Shown: one piece after another, positions 40,701-53,200 of the stretch | Layout of the letters: every line of letters begins with the position of its first letter | How positions within the stretch are numbered: position 1 is the stretch's first letter | NCBI GenBank assembly: GCA_023213395.1 | Contig: CM041465.1 | Span: 173,111,741-173,175,740 of the forward strand | Length of the DNA: 64,000 bases | Reading direction: 5' to 3' | Source of the DNA: Cycas panzhihuaensis | Lineage: Eukaryota > Plantae > Cycadophyta | Program-made: the position numbers and the translations under genes | The notes under the pieces: generated by a model | What the model saw: the letters and a program-made list of their open reading frames with translations, nothing else | What the model was told of the DNA's origin: nothing | Database searches by the model: none

Positions 40701-43700
40701 ACTTACTATCTGTCAATTGTATTACTCAGCAGAATATTAAAGTAGAATTCAATGAGTCAAAGTGTTTAATGAAGAGAAATGATATTGTAATTGCTTAAGG
40801 TGTTCAAAAGAATGGAGTCTATAAATTACCTGGCACATATGAGCTTGGACTTGTTGCACAAAATTCTGTTAATTCTTACGACATGATCGTTATGGTCATT
40901 TGAATTATTCTATTCTTTAGCTTATGTATAGATTGAGTATGCTGAATGATTTGCTATCAATCAAGAAAATTGACAAAGTTTGTGAAATATGTGCACTTGG
41001 AAAGCAATATAGGGAACCATCATAGAAATCTAAGTGGCGAGCTAAGGAGAAGTTAGAGTTGGTACACTCTGACTTATGTGGGTCAATTTCACCATCTTCA
41101 TATGGAAGAGCACAATATTTCATCACATTTATTGATGATTTTACAAGAAGATGTTGGGTGTATATTCTCAAACACAAGTCAAATGCTTTTACAAAGTTTA
41201 AAGAATTCAAGGTCAAAGTTGAAAATGTTTCTGATAGAAAGATTAAGATCTTAAGCAGTGATAGCGAAGGCAAATATTTATCTAATAAATTCATCAATTT
41301 TTGTAAAAGTGATAGCATACATCATCAACTTACAACAGCATATACTTCACAACAAAATGGCGTTGCAAAGCGGAAGAAACATACCATCCTTGAAATGGCA
41401 CAATACATGATGGAAACAAGAGACATTCCTAAGGGACTCTGGGGAGAAGTTGTTAATACAATTGTGTACTTGTTGATATAAGTCCTACTAAGACAATTTG
41501 AAATGTAACTCCTGAAGAAGCTTGGACTAGTCTAAAACCTTTCATTGCACATCTTCGCATTTTTGGATGTATTACATATGTACATGTACTTGATGAAAGA
41601 AGGCACAAACTTCAAGCCAAGAGTACAAAGTGTATTCTTGTGGGGTATAGCATGACATCAAAAGCATATAAGCTTTGGTGTTTCTTTGAGAAAAAGATTA
41701 TTCTTAATAGAGATGGTTTATTTCAAGAAACTGATGACGATGATCAGCCTATTGTACCCATTGGAAAAGATGAAAAACATAAAGGAAAAGAAATTAGAGA
41801 GGGTGACAAAAGTAAAGAGAGTGATCATGGTGAAGCCTTCACTTCTTTTGTTCCTCCCTCTTCTACTATTCCTATTTCTTCTCAAAAGAAATTACCAAAG
41901 TGGTATTTGCAAACCATTAAAGATTGTGGAGATGTGAATCTTGATTCAAGAATTCAAACAAGGAGCAAAACCAATCTTGCCTTGATGACAAAAATCTTAA
42001 GTGTTGGTGAGCCATAAACATTCCATGAAGCCAAAGACATGGCTCATTAACAAGTAGCCATGAAGGAAGAATATGACTCTATTATAAAGGATGACACATG
42101 GGATCTTGTTGAGTTACCTCCAAGTAAAAAAGTAATTGGTTGCTGATGGTTGTATCAAGTTAAGCATCAATCTAATGGTGTTATAGAAAAATACAAAGCT
42201 TGACTTGATGCAAAAGGCTATGCTCAGGCACTCATAATTGATTTTGAGGGGACTTTCGCACTTGTTGCAAAATGACCATTATCTGAATGCTAATTTCTCT
42301 CACAACTCAATTTGGTTGAAAACTTCATCAAATAGGCGTCAAAAATGCATTCTTGAATGGCATTCTAGATGAAGAAGTCTACATGAAACAACCTTAAGGG
42401 TTTGAAAAAATTGGAGGTGAGCAGCTTGTTTGTAGATTGAAGAAAGCTCTCTATGGGCTTAAACAAGTACCAAGGGCGTGGTACTCACGCATTGATGATT
42501 ATTTCACCTCTCTTGGATTCATAAGATGTGAATCAGATCATAGTTTGTATGTATCACATGAGAATTGTCAAATCCTAATTATAACTTCGTATGTTGATGA
42601 CCTTATTTTGACTAGTTATAACACTAAAAAGATCAGCACACTCAAAATGCAATTGTCAAAAGCTTTTGAAATGACTAATCTTGAACTTTTACACTTCTAC
42701 CTTGGGATGGAAATCTAGCAAAAAGGTGATCATATCTTTGTATGTTAGTCAAAATATGCTTATAATTTGTTGAGATGCTTCCATATGAAGAACTGTAAAT
42801 CAGTTGCTACACCCATGGAAGTCGGTCTTAAGTTGGTAAGGGAAGTTGGTGATAAAACAATGGATGAAACTCTATACAGGCAAATAGCGAAAAGCCTCAT
42901 ATATTTGACTAATACTAGACCTGATTTGACTTATATTGTTGGCATTGTATCACGATACATGAGTGCTCCATCCACCACACATTGAAAAACAATAAAACAC
43001 ATTATGAGATATGTTCATGAAACTATTTAGTTTGAACTGTTGTTTTAGAAATCTTTTGAAAACATATTATAGGGCTTCACCAACTCAGATTGGGCAAAAG
43101 ATGCTAATAAGAGAAGATCTACATCAGGATATACATTTGAACTTAGTTCTGGTTTGATCTCTTGGAGCAACAAATTACAATCAATAGTTTCTTTATCTTC
43201 CACGGAGGCTGAATATAAAGTTGTAGTCACAGCAACCTATGAAGCCAGTTAGCTTAAAGGACTTCTTGATCACTTTAGACTTGTTCAAGATGGGCCTACT
43301 CTATTATTCTGCAACAATCAAGGTGCCATTCAACTGTCGAAGAATCCGATTTTCCATGACAAAACCAAGCATGTGGAAATACACAATCACTTCATTTGAG
43401 AGCAAGTGGAGAATGGCATAGTTGAGTTGATATATTATAATACAAATGATCAAACTGCAAATATTCCTACCAAAGCCTTGAGTTGTGAGAGATTTGAGAG
43501 ACTCAAGACATTGATGTTTATGAGAGAAAATGAACTTAACATTATATGAGGGTGTTAGAAATAATGCGCATTCCCATTTCATGTTCATTTAAGTTTATTT
43601 GTAATTTCATTAAAATATTTTCTCACATAGGACATTCTTAGAGAGAATATTCTTTGTTAAAATATTCTTAGTCAATGTCATTAATAAAGTGGTTAGTAAA

Positions 43701-43789
43701 AGTCAAAGATACTTGAGATATTAAATAAGATAGTTTAGAGCCTACCATAGTTTGAGATAATGATTGATTTACCATTATGAAATGGTTAA
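37799..43789 (+). mobile_element. Element G: plus-strand Ty1/Copia whose 3' LTR is truncated by H
   Basis: 5' LTR 37799-38205; PBS TAGTATCAAAGC at 38206-38217; degenerate gag-pol about 39230-43552; partial 3' LTR 43553-43789. The right TSD (GTGGA) was not found. Confidence 0.9.
39802..40194 (+). mobile_element. Solo LTR related to the G LTR, inserted into G gag
   Basis: TGTTG...CAACA termini; TSD TTATT at 39797-39801 and 40195-40199. Removing it restores FEELGGLLLHEEQR. Confidence 0.93.
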
Positions 43790-44775
43790 TGTTAACAAAT
43801 TACATAGAGATGAAAGAAAAATACTTGATCGATTATGGAGAAGTGAACTCCTGAATATATACAATTAGGATTTGTAACCCCCAAGAAACTAGCTATAACC
43901 GTAACATGAAAATGTGACACTTGTCTGACACGTGTCCTAGATACATTTATAAGTTACATTTTGAGGGGTCTATTACATTACCCCTTTAGATTCATAAGAT
44001 AAAACATTACATTCCAACACCCTCTCTTAATGTTTTATCCTTTTAATCCCATCTTAGTCCTAAGGATTTGAAATTGGTCTCTTCTAAGTGGTTTTGTCAA
44101 TATATCTACTACTTGTTCTCTTGTTGGACAGCAAGTCAGATCAATCTCCTTGCTTTGTACTTTCTCTCAAATGAAATGATGAAGAACTGTGATGTACTTT
44201 GTTTGAGCATGAAGAACTGGATTCCTGGTTAATTTGATTGCACTTTGATTGTCGCAATTCAGTGTTGTTGACCCCTGTTGATGTTGATTCAAATCTATCA
44301 AAAGTTGTCTTAGCCAAATTGCTTCAGTGGTTGCACTGACTACTAATTTGTACTCGATCTTTTGATGATAGGGCTGCTATTGCTTGCTTTTTGCTATTCT
44401 AAGAAATTGGTGCAGTGCCTAGGAAGAAGCAATATCTTCTTGTACATTTTCTTTGCTCTTTGTCTCTTGCCCAGTCTAAATCGCAGAATCATGTCAACTA
44501 AAGTGATTTTCCCTTTGGATATACCAATTTCAACTCAATTGTTCCTCTTAAGTATCTCAATATTTTTTTTGCTGCTCTCCAATATTTTATTTTTGGCTCT
44601 TGCATATATCTTGATACTAGACTTACAAAGTATGAAATGTCAGGTCTGGTGGCAATGAGATAGATCAAACTCCCAATAAGTTGTCTATACATAGTGGCAT
44701 TAACCTGAGGCTCTTCCTTGTCAGGAACCAAGTTATAATTCACTTCCATGGGGGTTGTGCATGGATTACAATGAT
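43790..44775 (-). mobile_element. Element H: truncated Copia (3' LTR, RNase H, part of RT) similar to C
   Basis: LTR 43790-44019 resembles the C LTR and is followed by a PPT. The peptide CNPCTTPMEVNYNLV nearly matches C. Homology is lost at about 44775. Confidence 0.88.
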
Positions 44776-46229
44776 CGATCATATCTTTTTACAATATTTT
44801 ACTTATTACATTTATCAAATTAAAAAGGGGTTTGAAATCCGCTTTAGCCCCCAACACGTCAATGATCGATCATATGAATGTGAGCAAGCGACTAAGAGCT
44901 TAATAACAAAGGGGCTTATTCTTATTTTTTGCCCATTTTTGTTTCTTTTAAGACCTACTAATAGTATTTCCTTTATATCTTTGCACTAGAGTGTCAGATC
45001 TAAATGCCATTAGTTATGTTGAGAAAAGAATTTAAGGACAGTCGAAATGGTTGCTTATATGACCCCTATTGAGCTTTTCATGGAGGAGAGAGTCATTTGA
45101 TGCATTTCGTCAATCACATCTATGTTAGGTGTTAGATCTTGTAAGTTAATTTGTGGTAAGATTATAGTCACAAAATTGAAGAAGACTAAAGGGACCACAC
45201 AGTGGAGGCTCCAAGAAATCTAAGAAGTTGCTATAGGGTACTTGTTTTTTAAGGGGCAAAAGCATATGTTATCCTTCTACTCAACTCATTTGGTTGACCA
45301 AGTGGTTTGACCAGTTTTTGGAATGGTTGATAGATGTTGGCAAAACAATGTACCCACAGAAGGTTCCTATAGGACTGGTGGTCACATCAATTATTGACCC
45401 ATGTGATCCGGTAGATGGAGGTTTTTTTTCATATAGATGTTAGCAAAAATTGATTGTTTTGAAGAACTTGAAGAAGGAAGTGATGATCTAGTGAATTTGA
45501 AGAAGGCAATTATGATACCTGCCTTAGTGAAAAAATTTAAGACAAAAGGTATACTGTATTAGTATACTAGTTATTGTTTTATGTTTGTGTATGTACTTCA
45601 TTCTTTCATTCATTTAATGTTTACACCTTTAATCACCTTGTGTTGTTTTCACATTATGCTATAATGTTATATTCTAAAAAGATAGAAAATACTAGCATGC
45701 AACAAACACAAGACTAGGGAGTAACAACTTGGAAAATTTTAGATGTTAAAAAAAATGGTAAAGCAAGTTATAGAAAAATACGAAAAGGGACACTATCACT
45801 AAATTTTTGTAACATTAAAAACATGCTACGAAAAAAATTGCAAAAAAAGAGAAATTTTTATATAGCTCCAAAAAATCTATACAAAGTAAAAATCCAAACA
45901 TGTTTTGCTCTTTATGAGCTCATCAACAGATGTGTGATCTACCTTCATCCAGAATGAAGCTTATATAGTCATCAAAGGAAGGGTTTCAAGAAGTTGGTAT
46001 CCACACACAAAAATGGAGGATTTGAAAACTGACTTCTAAAAAAACATCTAAAAATTCCTTTGAGATACTCCTAACATCTTGTGCGGGGTCTAAGTTTCCC
46101 ATCACAGTAAAAGTAATAAAATAAGTACTTAAAATTTGTCTAGACCATTTGACAATAAATGAATAAATTAAATAGTCAAGTGCATTGAGTACTTGAAGTC
46201 CTAAGTACATTAAGTACTTAGGAGGAGCA

Positions 46230-47234
46230 TGTAAGGACCCAACCTCGACTTGGTATGCTACCCTTCTTGGTCAAGTCTTCTTAACTATGTATGTAAATTC
46301 TCTTCATTTCATATCTTTGTTCATCCTATGTAAGGTGGGCACTCGTTTCATGCTCCACCATGTGTGAGGGTGCACCATTTAGCTTTGTTCTCCTATATAG
46401 GGTGGAAGCTTATTTCATGCTCCATCAAGTGTGAGGATGCATTGTTTTTCGTTCATTAGAATAGTTAGTACATTTATATTGGGTTTATGTTACAATAGGA
46501 TACAAGATATTGAACTTTTTCTTCTAACCCCTTGAACAATGTAATTTTTTTTATATTGATTACCGCTTGCATAATACAAAAGCAGCTAGATTGCTTGGAT
46601 GGGCAATATGTACGAGGGAGCACATGATATGTACAAGGGGAAAATAGAGGAGAAAAACAAATATAAGGGTAGATGACAAATTTAGAGACCTTCTTGACTT
46701 ATTTGGAACACAAATCTAGTTGATCAACATACATCTTGCTAAGGGTGAATCCACCAAGTCAAAGAGGAAGTTATCAACTTTCCAATGAGTAGTGAAACAC
46801 TAAAATTGGACAACGGAGGGAGAAGTTATGAAAATATGGAGTGATCCTCCAAATTGGACTTACAAGTAAAAGACTCCTCACAATTTCACAAGTGAGCTAA
46901 TGAGTTTGGGCGCTCAAGGACCCAACTTCAAAGTTGCGAAATAAAGAACAAAGGAGTGCCTCACAACTTTGCAAATGAGTGATTAAGTGGAAAAGTGCCA
47001 GCAACCAAGTGCAAAATTGCAAAGTTAGGACACAAACAAGGAAATATCTTTCACACCCTTGCAAATGGACCTCTAAGTTCAAACACCCGCATGAAAGGCT
47101 GTGAAAATGTGAAGACAAAGGATTACTAGGTGAGATCCTAACTTTCAAGCATCTAAGGAAAGGACTGTGGTTGGACATAATGGATAGTTGATAGTTACTC
47201 CAACAACAATAGTTGTAAACACAACTATGGCCTC
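46230..47234. repeat. Probable LTR-derived remnants (TGTAAGGACCC start), host of element I and continuing at 54553-54648
   Basis: LTR-like start and a roughly 35-bp internal direct repeat near 46347 and 46413. Family and borders are unresolved. Confidence 0.35.
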
Positions 47235-47239
47235 TATAG

Positions 47240-50200
47240 TGTTAAACCTTAGGTTTACATGTTAAGCTTTATGTACTTTATTTTAATGTATTATGTGCAC
47301 TTTAATGTTTTATGTGCACTTTTGTACTTTAGGGGTGACTTTATCACTTAAGTGATAAAGTACACACCCACTTTATGCCTAGTGACATAACATTGTCACT
47401 TATGTCACTTGAGGGTCAAATGACCCCCTTGCACTTTTGCTCACAAGAGCTTCCAATGGACACTTGTCCTACATGCAAGCATGCATTGCATGATTGACAC
47501 TTGTCAATCATGCAATAGCCTTTGGCCTCTCATTTCCCTCTATTTAACGAGGCCTCTCTTCATTGTTGCTCATTCAAGAGTTGGAGCTCATTGTTATTCT
47601 GTCAGTTTGCTAATCAAGCTGAAGCATTCTTTGGTGGTTGGACTAATTCCAACACCCCATACTTGGTATTTTGATCTTGCTCCTCTTTCTCTTTGTGTTC
47701 TTTGTGTTTATGCTTAATGCATTTAATGGTATTGTGCTTTGCTAATGATCTTGGACCTATGTGGCCATTAGGCCCATTCTAACAATTGGTATCAGAGCTT
47801 AAGGGTTTTGGTACACTTTGCAAATACTTGCTTGGAAGTTTGTCATTGTTTGCTGCAGCATTAAAGAGGACTATGCTCTGTCCCTCTCTCTGTCATTTTA
47901 CTGCCCTCTGTCCCAGCATCCTTGGAATCTGCACATCACTGTCCTCAACTCCTCTTGTTGAACTCTGCCCTGTACTGAAGCCTGCAAAAGGCTGTGCATA
48001 CTTGAACTGCATTCACAAAAGAGTAAGACTCACGGAGAGTGTTGCCTGTCCATGTTCCCACACAAGGACCTGCACCTGTCTGCACCCCTGTCTGAAGTTG
48101 AAGTCCCTGTTACGGGAGCCACACCTGTCTGCCGTTATCCCTGCACGGGAAAGATAGCACGGAAGAACCTTTCGGAATCTTTGCCCGCATCTATCCGTCC
48201 CTGCCACAGACGCATCGGAAAGCCTGCACGGCTCTGTCCATGTAAGCTCTGCTACGGGAGGTCGCACGGACCTGCATCTGCGGACGGAGTGCACATCACG
48301 ACCTGCACACGGGGTCTCACGCCTGTCAAGACCTGCACACGGGGGCCGAACGGAGAAGCTTCCAGAAGGACGCACAGAAGCCCCACGCACACGGACTGCC
48401 ACGGAGATCTTCCATGCACACGGGACTTTGCACACACACGATTCACGGAGATACGGCTCGCACTGCACCGCCTTCACGAAGACTCAAATCGATTTTGGCT
48501 TTTTGGCCTAAATCTTGGTTAATATGCATTTTAGCATATTCCACAAAATATGCCTTATTTGATCAAGGCGTTTTTATAAAGTCCTTTTTCTAAAGTGAAA
48601 TTCTTTTCAAAGGGAAGGTTTATTACTTTAAGAGGTTTTTTTTAATCAAGGGGAGTTTATTGCTCTAAGAGGCTTTAAGCCATTCAGCTTTATTTGAAGA
48701 CTGCTTTAAAGAGACATTGAAACCTTAATTGCTTTAAGAAATTTTTTTTTAGTGAGATTTAATCTCGTTTATAAAGCAATTTTTAAGTGGTCACAAAAGT
48801 ACTCTTTTAGTACTTAAGAGGATTAAATTTTCTTTGATGGAAAGAGGACTCATCAAATGACTCATGTTAAGTCATTCTCCTCTCATTAAAGTTTGAAGTT
48901 ATATGACTTAAATGCTTAAAAAGACTCCTTGCGTGGTGTTCTAGTGAGGCGAAGTTGCAAAAAAGGTTGATTTCAGCGTTTATTTTTTACTTTTTTTAAG
49001 CTCTTTTAGCACTTTTTTTAATGCTATTAAAGCATTAAGAGCTTAATTAAAGTGGTCAATAAGCATGTTCATATTGTAAAGGTGATAATCATCACCATTT
49101 GAGTTGATTTTTTGGCACCTTGCATGGTGACCCATAGCCTTCAAAATCCCAAAAAGGAGGCTGAATTTTGTACTTAATAAAACTCACTCTTTCTGTTGGA
49201 TTGTTGGGACTATTTTAAAGTCTCAACAACTTGCTGCTTGGAGTTCGTTTGGCATTTGGAGTACATTGCGTACACTTTGGCAAGTGGTTCTTTCTCTACA
49301 TCAGCTTTGGAGCATTAAAAAGAACCCACTTCTACACTCATCATCAAGGTCTTACATCATTTTTTCACTAAGTACTACATTCTCAAAAGTACTTACATTA
49401 TTGCACTCAAAGCATCTTACTTGGATCTCAAAAAGCACTTAAAACACTCAATCAAAGTGCTCATTATTGACATGTACTTGCTTCTTAAGAAGCCTATCAC
49501 TGTAAGCTAAATCATAGCATCCACATTAAGTACATAATCTAAGTAAAAGTATCTTAAAAATTCACTTTAAAACTTTCTAAAAGTGAATTTTAAAATCTGG
49601 CTGGAGAGGCTCGAAAAAGGTTTAAACCTTGCCTCTGCTACACTTAACTTTGGACCAACTCAATAGTCGAAGTCCTCCACCCCTCATCACTCCACCCAGT
49701 TGTTGGATCTTCTTGTAAAATCAGGATTGGTGGTGCTGTTAGAAGGTGGAACTTAAGCGACAAAGCTTTGAAGTTACCAAGTTATTTGCTAGCTTTTATA
49801 CAAGTGTAAGATGGCTGCTATTAACATGCCTAATGCATGCACAATAAGGTTAACAGGACAAGCAAATTATCAAGAATGGAAAAGAATTACACAAAATCTC
49901 TTGATAATGAATGAATTACGGGATATGTTTCTGGGAGAATCCCCAATCCTGCACTTGTTGATGATGATGAAGTTGATGTTGATTATGAACGTGTTGCTGC
50001 TTGGGAGGCCAAAGATGAGATTGCTTTGGCATTTCTTCATATGATTGTGGATGTGCATGTAGATCAAAATATCTCTTCTGCTAAATCTTCTAAAGAAGCT
50101 TGGGACACTTTGTCCTCACTGTATGAAAGACGAGATGAAGCTCGCATTCTGATGGTGAAAGCCAAACTATATTCTGTCAAATTTGTAAAGCCAATGTCAG

Positions 50201-53200
50201 CATTTTTGTCCTCCATTAAGGAGGTTTGTAATGAACTGAATACTTTAGGTAGTCCTGCAACTAGGGATGAGCTCATCACATCCATCACCAAAGCATTGCC
50301 AAAGGACTACAACAGCTTCATATCATCTACCACTCGAGATGGTTCACTAAAGAAGACGACATTTAATGAACTTGAAAGCTTATTGCTTCAAGAAGAACAG
50401 ATTTATGCTAAGGACAATGAAGAACCATCTACACCAGGTGCTTTCACGGCCAAGTCAAAGGCCAATCAAATTTCCAAACCTGCATTCACAAAGCTGTTTG
50501 GAAACATGAACATTGGCTCTTCTAAGTCCAATGTTGTATGTCATTATTATGGCAAACCTGGCCACATTGCACCTAATTGCAGAAAGAAGCAGGCAAATCT
50601 ACGACGACAACAGCAGCAGCAGCAACAGCCACAAGGACAAAGACAATAGCGGCCAAGGCAACAATATCAACAGAGATTTCAGCAGCCAGAACAGCAGCAA
50701 AATCCCCCTCGACCAAATCGAGGTGCCTATCGAGGAGGTCCAAGAGGAAGGGGGGGTCAAAGAGGTGGCTACCAACGCCACTTTAATCAGTTTGCCGATG
50801 AAGACAAATTGTTTTGTGCATATCAGTCATCCAAGGTTGATCACACTTGGATTGTTGATTCAGGAGCTTCTCAGCATATGACAGGGAGTGAAGAACTCCT
50901 ATGCAATATTAAGGAAGGTAAAGGTCAATCAAAGACCTTTGGACATAATGAATCTATTGAGATTTTAGGCATAGGCACAATAGCTCCTTTCCATTCTTCA
51001 GAAAATCCTTCCTCAACATTTCCCAATAGTGATGCATACTTCATTCCTTCCATGGAGAAGAGTTTGCTATCTGTTAGCCAATTGGACAAGCAACAGATGA
51101 GCGTGTTATTCAAGAATGGGAAATGTATCATTAGTGACAAAGATGACGGATTAGTCATTGCATATGAGGATCAAGGTCTTTACAAGTTGGATGCCAACAA
51201 CATTACACTTGATTCTGCTTATTCTGGTTCCATGGTCACTATATCTTTGTCGAAAATGCAATTATGGCATCAACGTCTAGGACACTTGAGCCTAGATAAT
51301 TTGAAGCAGATGATGAACAAAAACATGGTATATGGGCTTCCGAAGATATATGGTTCAAAATGTCTTTGCGAAGCTTGCATAATGGGGACACAGCATTGTT
51401 TGCCTTTTCCTAAAGGCAAAGCTTAGCGTGCATCTTATCCCTTGCAGTTGATTCACTCAGACTTATGTGGACCCATGTCCACTCAATCCTTTGGAGGAAC
51501 ATTGTACTACATCTCCTTCATTGATGACTTTTCTCATAAAGTCTGGGTCTACTTCATAAAGCAAAAATCTGAAGGTTTCTCTAAGTTTAAAGAGTTCAAA
51601 GCTGAAGTAGAAAATAAATCTAGCTACTCAATTGGAACATTAAGGACAGATAATAGAGGTGAATTCACTTCTCAAGAATTCACTCAATTCTGCAAGGATA
51701 ATGGGATTCGGAGACAACTTACAATTCCTCATACTCCTCAACGAAACGGAGTTTCCGAAAGGATGAATAGAACTTTGGCTAATAAAGCCAAAACTATGAT
51801 GTATGCGAAAGGACTTCCTCGAGCTTATTGGGCCGAAGCATTTCATACAGCTGGCTATGTGGCCAACCGGAGTCCTACTACAACAGTCACCAACATTACA
51901 CCTGAGGAGGCATGGACTGGTAAGAAACCAACTATCAGCCATTTGAGGACATTTGGGTGCACTGCATATATGCACATACCTGATCAGCAAAGAACAAAGT
52001 TGGATAAGCATAGTCTCAAATGCATCTTTGTAGGATATGCCATTCATAGCAAGCCCTACAAGTTGTATGATCCGCTTGAAGAAAAATGCATCTCTCAAGA
52101 GATGTAATCTTTGTTGAAGATGATCGAGAAGAGTTGGATGTGGCATCAATCCAACCCCCATTGATAAAGGCAAAAAGATTGTTGAGGACTTCCCTCCCTC
52201 TCAATCTTCTACACCATGTACTTCATCTGCACCTCTTGTACCGTCCACTTCATCATCTTCTGCTCCACTTGAACCTTCCACATCATCTTCTGTTGATCAA
52301 TCACTTAGACCAGAAGACATTGAGGTTCATGCTACTTCATTTCAAAAGTTACCTAAATGGTATACTCAAACGATGCTGGACGGTCACATTATTGAAGGGA
52401 AACGTCCATCGAAATATCGGCAACAAACAAATTTTGCACTTATGGCTGAAGTGCTTTCTGTTGAAGAGCCTTCTACTTTTGAAGAGGCTTCAAAAAATGA
52501 TAATTGGAAAGCTGCCATGGATGAGGAGATCCATTCTATTCACAAGAATGGCACATGGGATTCGGTCGAATTGCCTCTTACATAAACAGGCAATCAGTTG
52601 TAAATGGGTCTATAAGACCAAATTTCATTCTGATGGTACACTTAAGCGTCAGAAGGCACGCCTTGTGGCAAAGGGATTCAAACAAAAGGAAGGCATTGAT
52701 TATGAGGAAACCTTTGCACCAGTGGCAAACATAAACACCATCAGACTCCTTATGGCCTTAGCTGCACAATGCAAATGGCCAGTTTATCAGATGGATGTGA
52801 AGAGTGCCTTTCTTAAAGGCGATCTTCAAGAGGAGGTATACTTGGAGCAACCTCCTGGTTACAAAGAACAAGGCAAGGAGCATCTTGTGTGTCGCCTCAA
52901 AAAGGCTTTGTATGGCTTGAAACAAGCTCCTAGGGCATGGTATGCAAAAATCGATGACTACTTCTTCAGACATGGTTTTCATCAATCTACCTCAGATCCT
53001 AATTTGTATATCAAACATGAACAAAACCATGTCATTTATATTGCCTTGTATGTAGATGACTTAATGATCACTGGTGATGACACTAAGCTCATCAAGATTC
53101 TCCAAGATTATTTGAAGAGAAGTTTCGAGATGACTGATCTTGGACTTCTCCATTATTTTTTAGGCTTTGAGGTATGGCGTGCCCGTGCTTTATCTTCATC

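Noticed and set aside
47481-47717. Duplicated small ORFs (47481/54247 and 26482/33862) as gene duplicates
   Set aside because: They overlap paired LTRs, so the duplication reflects LTR structure.
47786-48522. Overlapping Cys/Arg-rich ORFs on both strands
   Set aside because: Expected in GC-rich repetitive leader DNA with few stop codons.
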